Source of the DNA: Octopus bimaculoides
Taxonomy: Eukaryota
Direction: 5' to 3'
Length of the DNA stretch: 64,000 nt
NCBI RefSeq assembly: GCF_001194135.2
Contig: NC_068983.1
Span: 108,515,808-108,579,807, forward strand
Below, one piece after another: positions 12,889-25,340 of this stretch. The notes below the pieces were generated by a model. It had not been told where the DNA came from. It saw only the letters and a list, made by a program, of their open reading frames with translations, and ran no database searches. Within the stretch, counting starts at the first letter, position 1. Every line of letters begins with the position of its first letter. A program made the position numbers and the translations under genes.

Positions 12889-12986
12889 TTTCTGATATGC
12901 ATTTTTGGTGCATTCATGATTCTGATTACTCAATCAACTAACTGAATAAACAGAAGCATGAACACACTTAAAATGCATATCAGAAA
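12889..12986. repeat. ~98-bp imperfect palindrome
   Basis: tttctgatatgcattttt..ttcatgattctg versus cagaagcatgaac..aaaatgcatatcagaaa. Confidence 0.8.
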
Positions 12987-13069
12987 GTAAGTTTATAATG
13001 CACAAATAGATGAATTATATATACCTTTTATTGTATATTAGCAGGATTAAAATGGCATAGTTTTATATT

Positions 13070-13276
13070 GTTTTACTTGTTTCGGTCATGTGACTGCAGA
13101 TATGCTGGCGCACCACCTTTACTCAAAGAAATCGATCACAGAATTTATTCTTTGTAAGCATGGTACTTATTCTATTGGTGTGTTTTGCCTCAAGGCTAAG
13201 TTATGGGGACGTAAACACAGCAACATCGGTGTCAAGCAATGGTGGGGGCATAAACACAGACACACACAAATACACA

Positions 13277-13310
<34 letters not shown>
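13070..13310 (-). mobile_element. SINE family B, 3' half with expanded CA/TA tract
   Basis: ttttacttgtttcggtcatgtgactgc..gctaagttatggggacgtaaacac. Confidence 0.85.
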
Positions 13311-13326
<16 letters not shown>

Positions 13327-13413
13327 CATATATATATTTATATATATACATATATACAAATTTATATATATGTATATATACATACATATATACATATATA
13401 TATACATATATAA

Positions 13414-13454
<41 letters not shown>

Positions 13455-13482
13455 TANNNNNNNNNNATACATACATACATAT

Positions 13483-13530
<48 letters not shown>

Positions 13531-13762
13531 GTATATATACATAAATATATATATGTATACTTTGAAGCTACTGTAGTTTTGTTAAGGAAGGAGTATACAC
13601 ATATATAGTATAATCTAGGTAACAACTGCATAATATGCATTTAAAAGCTACTATACTATTATTGGCTATTATTGGCTACCATACGGCAAGATATTTTCCA
13701 ACGTTGGATAATCATATAGGTACACAATGGCTGTGTTAAGAAGCTTCTTCCCAACTATGTGC

Positions 13763-14030
13763 TTCTCTAGGCACAAGGCCCGAAATCTTTGGGGAGGAGG
13801 CCAGTTGATTAGATCAACCTCAGTATGCAAGTGGTACTTAATTTATCGACCCCCAAAAAGATGAAAGGCAAAGTTGATCTGGGTGGAATTTGAACTTAGA
13901 ACATAAGGACAGGCAAAATACTGCTAAGCATGGTAACGTTTCTGCTAGCTCACACCTTATCTCTTCTACTCTAAGCACAAGGCTCGATTAGATTGACCCC
14001 AGTACATAACTGGAACTTAATTTATCGATT
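13763..14030 (-). mobile_element. SINE family A plus adjacent deleted second copy
   Basis: ggcacaaggcc..ggtacttaatttatcgacccc..gatgaaaggcaaag..gaatttgaact..ctagctcac; partial repeat from 13960. Confidence 0.85.
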
Positions 14031-14226
14031 GTGATATTACTTTCATATTTGTTTTCATGATACTACAACAATATATGTCGCCTGGAATCTGTATCTGAGA
14101 AAACTCAAAGAAAACCAACAGCACTTGATCACAGGCCACCTGAAGAAGTGCCTACATAAAACTGCTGCTGAAGAATATTTAATTATATAGTCACTCTGTT
14201 CTTTATTTATGAGATAAGGAATTATG

Positions 14227-14487
14227 TACATTATTTACATTTGACGGATATTTGTCCTCATCTTGTTTGTTGTTAACACAGCGTTTTGGCTGATATACCT
14301 TCCAGTCTTCATCAGGTGTCTTGGGGAAATTTCAAACCTGGGTTCTCATTCCTAAGGAACCTGGGTTCTCATACCTTAAGAATGAGAACCCATGTTTGAA
14401 ATTTCCCCAAGACACCTGATAAAGGTTGGAAGGTATATCAGCTGAAATGTGTTAACAACAAACAAGATGTCAAATGTAAATAATGTA
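14227..14487. mobile_element. Fold-back element made of two inverted Penelope-LTR-like arms, each with a hammerhead relic
   Basis: Arms ~120 bp, highly similar; hammerhead-like motifs at 14275-14320 (-) and 14411-14453 (+). Confidence 0.8.
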
Positions 14488-16384
14488 TTGTAACTCTATT
14501 GAATAATCTTATATAATGATATATAAAGTCAACAATTTAAAGCTGGTGTCCAGTGCAAAAACAAATTTGATTTGCTATTAAAGTCTGCTATTTCTTCCAT
14601 CTTCATTTTATATTATTCTCATTCATTCATTCATTCATTCATACATGCATGCATGCATACATACATACATACATACATACATACAAAGATAACTTTCCAT
14701 TTTTTCCATCTTCTCTTTCTGTCATGTAAATTAAAGTTTCTAGTACCGGTGACATGAAAAGCACCCAGCCAATGTACACAACAAAGTGGTTAGCATTAGG
14801 AAGTGCCCCCAGCCATAGAAACATTGGCAATGTTCACACTGGATATATATATGTGTGAGTGTGTGTGTGCATATGTATTTATATANNNNNNNNNNNNNNN
14901 NNNNNNNNNNNNNNNNNNNNNNNNNNNNNNNNNNNNNNNNNNNNNNNNNNNNNNNNNNNNNNNNNNNNNNNNNNNNNNNNNNNNNNNNATATATATATAT
15001 AAATATATGTATGTATATCTGATATCTGTACCCACAAAAGAGACAAGTACTCTGTAGGACCTTTCACAATAAAAGTAATGAATACACTCTTGATAATTGT
15101 GTATAGAATCTTCATTTGAACTATAGTCTTCCCAGATGCATACTGGACATGTATGCATGAGCTTGTGTGTGTGCATGTGTGTGTGGTGTGTGTGTGTGAT
15201 ATGTGTGTGTTAGTGCATGCACATGTGTAGAGAGACAGAGATGGGAAAATGAAGGAAAGAAAGTGAAAGGCTACAAAGGGTAAATAATAAAATGAATTAA
15301 ATTTTGAATTAAGAATTCAGTATTATGATTTAATTAAAAATAGACTCACTTGTTAATCTGTATTCATAATCTGTGAGGACTAGAAGAACAAGGACACTTT
15401 TTGTTTTGTTTTTGTATTTGAATAAACAGTCTCAGAATAACTTCATTTATATGCGACCATTCATTGATCCAATGTCTGTCTTTTCATGATACTGTCAACA
15501 GTATTATGCCTGGAGTTGTTCTGATGTCAGAATATGTAGAAGAATTTATACTCTTATCCAGCAAAACAACCCTAGGTTCATAAACAAACATCTATCATAA
15601 AAATATATGAAAATAAAATGAATAAAATATTTGACAAAAGATTAAGTTTAAATATATTTACATTTCTAGATTCCTTCTTTGGTTCAAAAGAAAATATCAG
15701 CGTATATTAAGATCTCACTTTATCTTATTTGACATTTACTTAAGGATTATGATTATTTATAGGAATGCTAGTTTCCTGTGGAAATGTGTGTCCTACTAAA
15801 TGCAGTTATCTAAAAATAAGACGGTGCAACTTTTTTTAATAGTTTTCTGTACTGAAGCAACTTTCATTTCTATGTTGAAATTGTTTCAAAGAAAATTTTA
15901 AAAAATTCTTAAATGCATTAAAAAAATACTAAACACATCATTATCTTTACCACCACCAACCACTACCATCATCATCTCTATCATTATCATCATTGCCTTT
16001 ATTCCATTATTATCATTTTCATCATCTGTCTATACAGAACTATTTGTATAGACACAACAGCTTGCTTCCATGTTTACTAGTTCTAGGTCATCTCTTTTAA
16101 AACTCAATTTTTTGAGCCTGAATTTTAAATTCATATTATACAATCCAACGACTGAACTCAGATTATTTCTCTCACATCCCTTGAGACTCTTTGCCTTTAT
16201 TGTTCATACAGAGAAAACATTATGCAATAAAAGGCTACTAGAGCAGCTTCAATAAACTACTGCACTCTATGTTTGTATTAAGTAGTCTTTTCTGGATCAT
16301 TACCTAAAAAAATATGCATACATACACAGATACATACATACGCACATACATACATGCATACATACATACATACATACATATCCT

Positions 16385-16850
16385 CATTATCATCATTTTA
16401 ACACTGACTTTTCTATGCTCATATGGGTTGGATGGAAATTGATGAGGTAGATTTGCTATGCTTGCAAGCTCTTCCTCTCACCAATCGTTACATGTTTCCA
16501 ACTAAGGTAATATTTCCACCTGGCTAAGGCAGTGAGCTGGCAGAAACATTAGCACGCCAAGCGAAATGCTTAGTGGTATTTCGTCTGGTTTTGTGTTCTG
16601 AGTTCAAATTCTGCTGAGGTCGACTTTGCCTTTCGTCCTTTCAGGGTCGACAAATTAAGTACCAGTTGCGTACTGAGGTCGATCTAATCGACTGGCCCCC
16701 TCCCACCAAATTTTGGGCCTTGTGCCTAGAGTAGAAAAGAATATTTCCACCTGGCTGGACATAATTTTATGGAAGACCGGAAATGAAGGACATTGCATGC
16801 TTACAAATGCCACATGATGACATGACAAGAAACACGTGTGTGCGCACACA
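16385..16850 (-). mobile_element. (GAT)n-tailed retroposon interrupted by a SINE
   Basis: atcatcattttaacactgacttttctatgct = reverse of the shared RTE-type 3' tail; sequence resumes after 16756. Confidence 0.6.
16526..16739 (+). mobile_element. Full-length SINE family A with 17-bp target-site duplication
   Basis: aatatttccacctggct at 16509-16525 and 16740-16756; tRNA-like A/B boxes. Confidence 0.95.
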
Positions 16851-17107
16851 CACGCACGCCCCCCACACACACACATGCACACACATACATACACACGTGT
16901 GACAGGCTTCTTTCAGCTTCCATCTACTAGATTCACTTGCACAGCTTTGGTCAGCTTGGAGCTCACACCTGTGTCTGTCATGTATCGGTCAGCCTGTCTG
17001 TCTATTTAAATATATCTATATATATATATCTATATATATATATATATATATGTAATAAATATGGATATGTGCAATTTACAACTGAAAGGTAGAACTATAG
17101 ATGTCAT

Positions 17108-17314
17108 TAAGGTGACTAAGAGTACTAGTTAGCACCAGCATTGCTATAAATAAGAGTCAAATGTGAAATCACTGATGACCTTGCTATGCCCTGGATGCTG
17201 TAGGGAGCTTGCCTCCCTAGTTAGTCATAAGATAAGTGCTTTATAGTGACTATGAGTTGATTTGACTCTTATTTCTATCAATTCTGGTACTAACTAGTAC
17301 TTTTAGTCACCTTA
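17108..17314. mobile_element. MITE with 55-bp terminal inverted repeats
   Basis: taaggtgactaagagtactagttagcaccag..aaataagagtcaaat (17108-17162) mirrored at 17260-17314. Confidence 0.85.
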
Positions 17315-17315
17315 G

Positions 17316-17359
<44 letters not shown>

Positions 17360-17386
17360 NNNNNNNNNNNNNNNNNNNNNNNNNNN

Positions 17387-17435
<49 letters not shown>

Positions 17436-17671
17436 CTGTCCCACACAGGTTCCATCTGGTAAAATTTGCTCAAAAGGCTTAGTCAGCACATAAGGCTATT
17501 CTGGCAACTCTTTCCCAAAGTACAATCACATGCAACTGAACTTGTGACCAAGCATTTGCATGTAAATTTATTCACTTTTTATCTGTAAAGCTATATGTAT
17601 ATTGAACACACCACTCTAACCACCCTAACCCTAACCTTAACCTTCACTCTGTCTCTTTCTCACTCTTTATG

Positions 17672-18590
17672 TATTGGGTCATCTCATGAATAATGCAGTT
17701 TTTTTACAATTCTTTTATTTTTCAAAATTAAGTTCATTTTTAATTTAAAAAATACTCTCCTTCATTTTCTACAATGCTGTTCTATCTATCTGGTAGACTT
17801 GCAAGGCCCCTTCCAATATTCACTTGTCCATGATGAAAAATACTCCTCCACTACTGTTCTGACCTCATCTACTGAATTCATATTTTTTCCATCCAAATGA
17901 TTTTGAAGATTGCAGAATAAATGATTATCAGATAGTGCAATGTCCAGCAAATATGGTAGGTGGGACATTGTTTTCCATTTAAACCGCTCCAGCCTCTGGG
18001 ATGTCATCCTTGCTGTATACGGTCAAGCATTATCCTGATGGAAGAACACCTTCCATTGTGAAACTAAAGATAGTCGTTTTTCTTCTAGTGCTGACTTAAG
18101 CTGCTCAAGCTGCTTACAGCAGATCTCCTTTGTTATCATTTGGTTTGGGTTTAAAAATTCAAAGCGGACTAAACCTTTCATATTCCACCAAACAGATAAC
18201 AACACCTTATGTGGGCAAAGATCTTCTTTAGCCTGGGATGCCAGTGTTTCTCCTTTCCCTACCCACTGCATTTGGCACTTGACATTTTTATAGAGAACCC
18301 ATTTCTCATCACCAGTTACTATTCGGTCCAAAAAAGGTTAATTTGTGAGAAGTGACAGCAAAGAAGAACACACATTCACTCTTTGCATGTGATTAGACTT
18401 GGAAAGTTTGAGGAACCCATTGACCCAATTTGCTGGCTTTTTCCGATGGCATGTAGATATTGATGAATAGTTGAATGACTAAATCCAAGCTTCTCTGCTA
18501 GTTCCCCAACAGTAACGATGGGATTTTGTTCCACTAGAGTTTACAGGACGTTCTCATTGAGCTCTACAGATCTTCCAGGATGAGGCTTGG
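17672..18590 (-). mobile_element. Mariner transposon, 5'-truncated transposase pseudogene
   Basis: QWVP, RIVTGDEKW, HQDNA and YLLDIALSDNHLF (D,D34D triad); terminus tattgggtcatc at 17672. Confidence 0.95.
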
Positions 18591-19272
18591 TAACGTTAAA
18601 TTTTAAAGACCTGAACAAATAGCCAAAAGTTAATTCGTAGGGTTATCTTATTTGTAGATAAACATCCAAAATGTGTATGAAAACTAAGTTGTATATAATA
18701 AGAAAAAAAATTAAGTTGACCATTTGTTTTGATAATCAACATTGTAATAGAAAGATCTACATAACACCAAAAATAATAAATGTTTGGTGAAATTAAAATT
18801 AAAATGTATTGGAGATAATATCTATAATACTGATTTTCATGAAGATTAAAAGATTTCAAGGAAAATGTTATATAAAATTATATACAGAGAGGAACAAGAT
18901 AATTCAGAAATTAATTCTTATTTAAAATGGTTTTGAAAAACAAAAAAGTTTTGGAAGTGGTGAATTAGTTGATTGAATCAAAGTTGAGGAAAATCCCCAA
19001 GAGATCTCAGTTTGATATTTTGAACACCAAAATATGAGGTAATAATCTTTGTATCATACAATTAGTTTAGTTGTCTGCCAATTCCTCAGCACTAGATGAA
19101 AAAAAAAACAACCTATAATTTCAATTGATATCTTTCATATAGCATATATGAAAAGCATTGTTTAATCAAGAAGAGAAATATATCTTTAAAAGAGATATTT
19201 TATTCTCTTTTGAGAGTAATGTAATACTTTGTTGTTTTACTTAATTATCTAATTTCCCAATTTTTAATTTAG

Positions 19273-19322
19273 TTTGTGGAGAAGGAGTAATGTCCATAAT
19301 CTTAGGTGGTCCTCTGAAACTG
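19273..19322 (+). CDS. Candidate 50-nt exon (VCGEGVMSIILGGPLKL or LWRRSNVHNLRWSSET)
   Basis: ctaat..tttttaatttag| acceptor, CTG|gtgagg donor. Confidence 0.4.
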
Positions 19323-19672
19323 GTGAGGTCGATGCATCATATAATGTCTAGTAGTTAATTACTTAATCAAATAAAACCATTAATATTTCAAAGTGTGAAA
19401 CAAGATTGGTTTTGAAAAATTCTAATTTTTAACAGCCACTTCTTAAAAATTACATTTTGTAATAAAGATTGACTTCATTAGACTTTTAAATTAGCAATTC
19501 AGAAATGTATAAAATAAAAACAAGGGTAATTTGTTAAGAAATCTATTTCAAATACAGTTTTTTCTCTTAGGAAAGGTATTTTCTTAATGGGAAGAGATAC
19601 TTTATCAACTTGGTGCCATATATTGAAATATTTATATGAATGAACACCGAAATTAAAGCATATGAATTTTAG

Positions 19673-19724
19673 CAGGTGGTGAGTCAAATGATTCAATCAG
19701 AGTCGAGTAGCCGAGAGAACAAAG
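19673..19724 (+). CDS. Candidate 52-nt exon (QVVSQMIQSESSSRENK)
   Basis: ttttag|CAG NAGNAG acceptor, AAG|gttagt donor; a competing internal GTG|gtgagt donor lowers confidence. Confidence 0.35.
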
Positions 19725-22059
19725 GTTAGTTTTGAACATAAAAATGCAAGATACAATGTTTAAAAGATGAATAATAATAATAATAATCACAGTTAAATTA
19801 ATATGAATATTTTCATATTAAATGGAGGAAAAAAAATCACCTCAAATATTTATTGACTTTATTAGCTAAACATTTATTGCAGAAATGTATTTTTCATAGT
19901 GTCATTGTTCCCTAAGCTTGTTAAAAATTCATAATACAATTGCTTCAGAATAGTTTTTGCTGTAGCAATAATTTTTAACATTTAAATTTAAATAATTTTT
20001 TAACATTTAGTGTGCACAATTCTGAGTAGAAACACTTGACTTGCAACTCAAGCATTTGGATTCTCAAAAATGACTAGTCCTCTTTCTGATAAAAACCTTG
20101 AATCCTAATAATTTTATGTCATTTATTTAAAAAGTTAAATAGAAATGCATAGTAAAATGTGAACGATTAAAGGAACTTCTAGGCAGTTAATCAAACTGTT
20201 AGAAATAGCAGCAAATCTCCCAGCTAGGAAGAACACGATGGACAAAGTAATCTTAGCAATACAAACAGAAAGCATGGCTATGCCTTTAATAATAAGACTG
20301 CTTGATCAAGGATTACCTGAAGCTGAACAACAGCAACATAAAAACTTATAGCTATGAAAATTTCATTACATTTGTTATTGCTAATGATATAGTTCTAGGT
20401 ACCCCTAAAAGTATGCAAAAGTAACTGCTGATATACCTCTGATTATAGCGTTGTTCAATTTGGAATGACTGGGGTTACACACCAGCATAGTAAACATTTA
20501 CAATTTACATTTGTGAAAATATTATTAATTTCAGGGAAGGAATTTGAATGATAGTAGACATTGTATTTAAGTTATATTTCTGGAAAATCAACCTTGTATT
20601 TCTTTAAGTTTACAGATTTAAACAAGCCAATAATTTTTAGAATCTATGATTGAAAAGTAGAATAATTTCAGTTGATATCAATAGGATAACTAATATTTTT
20701 GTTTCTTTTAATATGATGAAAATTCAATACATTTTAGAGAGACTGAAGATGTTTAATCTTTTTTAATTAAAACAAATAAAGTATTCAGAGGTGTACAAAT
20801 ATATCCTTTAGCTATACTTGAAAGTCCATTAAGATAGATTATTATTATAGACCCTTTATCAATTCCACTGTTATTAGCTTACAAAATCTATGTATTTTAT
20901 TATATTTTTAATTAGGCAAACAGCTACCTATACATAATTTAAACAGGTTAAATTAATCCTAACAATTTTTTTTAAATGCATTACAGTTCCTTATATTCAT
21001 GAATCATTATGTATTGAAATCCTCGATAATGAAAATGTTCTAAATGATAATTATTTTAAATTTATTAAAATTCACTAGATTTCAAGAAAAATAATCAGTA
21101 ATCAATTTTTATTTTTTGATTAATTAAATTTTTAGATCAAAATTTTATTAATTGATATTCTTCTAATATTCATTAATATTCTTCCAATTTAATGATAGTT
21201 TCCTACTTATTCAAATAGTATTTAGATATACAAGGAAGACAAAATAGTACTTTGTAGCATTTATGCATTTCACAAAGATATTGTGCATCTTTCAAGTATA
21301 GTTGAAGATTCTAAATGTACTCTAAACTTATCGTTTGCTTTAATGGAAGAAGTTTAAATAAATATTTCCATTAAAGTAAATGATATGTTCAGTGATGTAA
21401 AAGTGCATTCTTTCACTATTCATTAAAGATGAGTCTCACAGCCTACTTTGTTTGAATAACTATTAAATTCAATAGTAATAAATTTGTAGCAAAATTATTA
21501 AGAGTTATGTATATTTGTTGAACCAGACATTACAGAAAATTCTCTTTTATAAAGGTTATAAAAATTTAATGTCAAACTCCATAGCTGAAAGAATTAAATT
21601 CTATTTAGACCCTGTTGTTCAATAGTAGCAAGTAAATATTAAATTTTCTCACAGTATGACATTTGTTTACTAAGTCGGTAATTCCTATTCATATTACTTG
21701 TACCATTCTATAAGAATTCTCACATGTTAGAAAAGAGCCTTTGAAAACTAACTGAATTTTCCACAAAATCTCATTTCATAAAATATTTTTCTGAAAAACC
21801 AGCCTGATTCAATGATTTTTTTTGGCATACCTCCATTTCTTAGCAACTTTTACATCTAATATAAGGGTTTACTCATTTTTAGAGTGACATCAGAAATAAA
21901 CTTTACAATAGAATATTGCTCTCGTGTTATGCATTATTTTAGCATAAAGATATTGTTATATGCAACTTTTTATACATACACATATGTAAAACACATACAG
22001 ACTTAATAATGGCTTATTTTAGTTCCATTTTTATAGTAAATATCATCAAAATTTGGATT

Positions 22060-22660
22060 TTGTAGAGACGACTTGCACCCATGCCAACCTTCCTTCATTG
22101 GACACTAAACTCTGCTTGCAAAGACCTGTTGGGGCAAGTGAAATCGGAACTGAATCAAATCCGATGACTGGCACCCATGCCAATGGAGTGCTAACAGCAC
22201 CATCTGAGCAGGATCACTGCCAGAGCAGCGGTCTGGCTTCCATGCTGGTAGCACGTAAAAAGCACCATTTGAGCACGATCGTTACTATTGTCACCTTACT
22301 GGCACTTGTGGTGGTGACATGTGAACAAAACCTTCGAGCGAGGTCGTTGCCAGTACCGTGGGACTGACTCCTGTAAAAGTGGCATGTAAAAACACCATTT
22401 GAGCATGGCTGTTGCCAGTACCACCAGACTGGCTCTCATGCTGGTGGCACGTAAAAGCACCCACTACACTCGGAATGGTTGGCATTTGGAAGGGCATCCA
22501 GCTGTAGAAACTCTGCCAGATCAGATTGGAGCCTGGTGCAGCCATTTGGCTCACCAGTCCTCAGTCAAATCGTCCAACCCATGCTAGCATGGAAAGCGGA
22601 CGTTAAACGATGATAATGATGATGATGATGATGATGACGATGATGATGATGACGATGCAA
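22060..22660 (+). mobile_element. RTE LINE 3' UTR fragment with (GAT)n tail
   Basis: Homologous to 38320-38765 (ggacactaaactc..gacctgttggggcaag..gcatggaaagcggacgttaaac). Confidence 0.9.
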
Positions 22661-22690
22661 AACTTTATAAGCTAAAATAACCTTAAATCT

Positions 22691-22893
22691 TTTTTTATCT
22701 TTTACTGATTTCAGTCATTAGACTGCAGCCACCTTAAAGAATTTTAATGAAATGAATCAACTCCCAGTACATATTTCGTTTTTTAAGCCTGATACTTAAA
22801 TTTTTCCTCACTTTTGTAAAACTACTAAGTTAAGAGGATGTCAAGTGGTTGTCAAGAAGCAGTAGTGGGACAAATTCAGACACAAAGACATAG

Positions 22894-22936
<43 letters not shown>

Positions 22937-23100
22937 ACATACAATGGGATTCTTTCAGTTTCCATCTGTCAAATCTACTCACAAGGCCTTGGTTGCCTTG
23001 AGGCTATAGTAGGAGACACATGCCTAAGGTGCCATGCACCAGGGTTGAACCCAAAGTCATGTGGTTGAGGAGTAAAATTCTTACCACACAGCTGTGCCTG
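22691..23100 (-). mobile_element. SINE family B, full length
   Basis: Same modules as 52103-52512. Confidence 0.85.
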
Positions 23101-23519
23101 TGTTTAGTGTATAAATATCTTTGGTAGTAGGACTGCAGTTTGGTGACTGGCAAATCAATGTATTTCAATGCAGTGGCTAAGTACTGATAATTCAAACAAC
23201 GTTGTTAGAATAGCATTACACTTGGATTATGGGGATTCTTGTTCATGTATACCTTTTATTTCTTAAATGCACATATGCACACACATGCACACATGTATAT
23301 ATGAAGGGAGAAAGATAATTATTTTTATGTGTACACATTTAATTAAACTATTTCATTACATTTATTGGATGAGGAGATATTTCATGATTATATACATATA
23401 AATGTAACTGCTAGCTTATACCTCCAGAAATAAGAACGCACTTAGAGAAATGCATGACTTTACACGTGAATTATAATTATATTTGCATTTGTATCTCTTG
23501 GCATACAGACACACACACA

Positions 23520-23630
23520 CACATATATATATACAACAGGCTTCTTTCAGTTTCCGTCTACTAAATCCACTCACAAGGCTTTGGTTGGCCTGAGGCTATA
23601 GTAGAAGACACTTGCCCAAGGTGCCACACA
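23520..23630 (-). mobile_element. SINE family B, central fragment
   Basis: ggcttctttcagtttccgtctactaaatccactcacaaggctttgg..gacacttgcccaagg. Confidence 0.85.
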
Positions 23631-23678
23631 TATATTTTAAAACCTTTTAAAATATTCCGTTTTTGCACTTAATCATTA

Positions 23679-23727
<49 letters not shown>

Positions 23728-24160
23728 TGTGTATGTATGTTTGCAAAATTCATGTCAATGTCATATAAGTAAATACAACAGTACACCAACTGTATTTACA
23801 TACTTACATAGATTACAAAATGTTGAAACTTTAATTATATCAGTCTTTAAAATTTCAGATATGTACCAATACATTTTATATCATGTGCATCTCTGTTATA
23901 AATGCATTCATGGTGAAAGGAGGCTTCAAATATTGTTAACATCATCACAAATGTAAATTTAATTTTCAGATATAAACTTTGCAAATAATTAAGTTTTGAA
24001 ACTTCATGTTGAGATGAAAGAAATAAAAGCAAACCTCATTGTTTGGCATAAATGTCAATAGAGTAAAGAAGTTCAAGTGTTATCACTAATTGTTTTAACA
24101 TAATGGTAAGAGGGGTGGGTGAGAATAAAAAGAATATACATATAAAGACATTCTTTTTAA

Positions 24161-24580
24161 TTTTTCACTCGTTTCAGTCATTTGGCTATAGCCATGCTGG
24201 GGCACAGTCTTGAATTTTTAGTTGAATGCATCGATCTAAATACTTATTCTTTTTTAAGGGCTGGTACATATTCTATTGGTCACTTTTGCTGAACTGTTAA
24301 GTTATGGGGACGTAAACACACCAGCACCAGTTGCCAAGTGATGGTGGAGAGACAAACACAGACACAAAGACACACACACACACACACACACATAAACAGG
24401 TATGGATATGCAAATATATGTATATATACATATATGAGTTTCAGTTTCCATTTACCAAACCCACTCACAAAGCTTTGGTCAGCCAGAAGTTACAGTAGAA
24501 GACACTTGTCCAAAGTGCCACACAGTGGGACTGAACTCCAAACCATGTAGTTGGAAAGCACACTTCTTACCACACAACCA
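24161..24580 (-). mobile_element. SINE family B, full length
   Basis: Same modules as 52103-52512. Confidence 0.9.
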
Positions 24581-25194
24581 AACTTTTTTTTTTTGTGGTA
24601 TGAGGATTTGTTTTAAAGAAAAGCATTTCTATGTATACATTTATTTGCAAGCTGAATATTTTTGAAAATTCAGTAATCATTTATTGGAGAAAGTTATTTG
24701 TAGTTGCTTTCTGTTTGCAAATGTGAGTCTGGAATGTAGCTTAGTGTTATGGGGAACATTTGGGCTAGTTGGCTGTCTCGTCACAGAACCTTAAGGCTAC
24801 AATGATTGAATCTAAAATTATAAAGATAAAAATTAATATCACTGAACCAGAATGGGTGGATGAGTGGAATGTTACAGCACTCATATAATGATAAAAATAA
24901 CATTATTTTCTGGTTTGAAATATGAGATTGTCCTTGTAATGAATACAACTTTAAAACGTTAGAAGGTTCTTTCATGCTCCATATGCACAAGCATGACTGA
25001 ATGGCTGAGCCTCTAAGCATTTGTTTAATCTGCTAGAGACAGAAGTTGAATATCATTGTATTTACACCCTAGCTCATTGAGAAATGAGTGACAAGTTGAA
25101 TAATGTAGTATTAGGAACAATGTCTGAAGAAATATGGAATGCTTTTTGCATACTGGGCAAAATGCTTATTGGCATTTTGTCTAACTTTACATTC

Positions 25195-25340
25195 TAAGTT
25201 AAATTCTTCCAGGGTTGACTTTAACTTGCATCCTTTCAGGTTTGATAAATAAGTACCAGTTGAGCACTGGAGTCAATTTAATTGATTTGCGCCCCCCCCC
25301 CCCTCCAAAATTTATGGTCTCGTACCAAAATTTAAAATCA
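25195..25340 (+). mobile_element. SINE family A, partial
   Basis: catcctttcagg..aataagtaccagttgagcactggagtc. Confidence 0.75.

Noticed and set aside
11943-13640. Overlapping YI/HT/CV-rich ORFs (also ~44630-47700, 52590-52900, 59780-60250)
   Set aside because: Translations of TA/CA microsatellites, not proteins.
22053-22587. Three ORFs of 62-104 aa
   Set aside because: Lie in the GC-richer RTE 3' UTR repeat.
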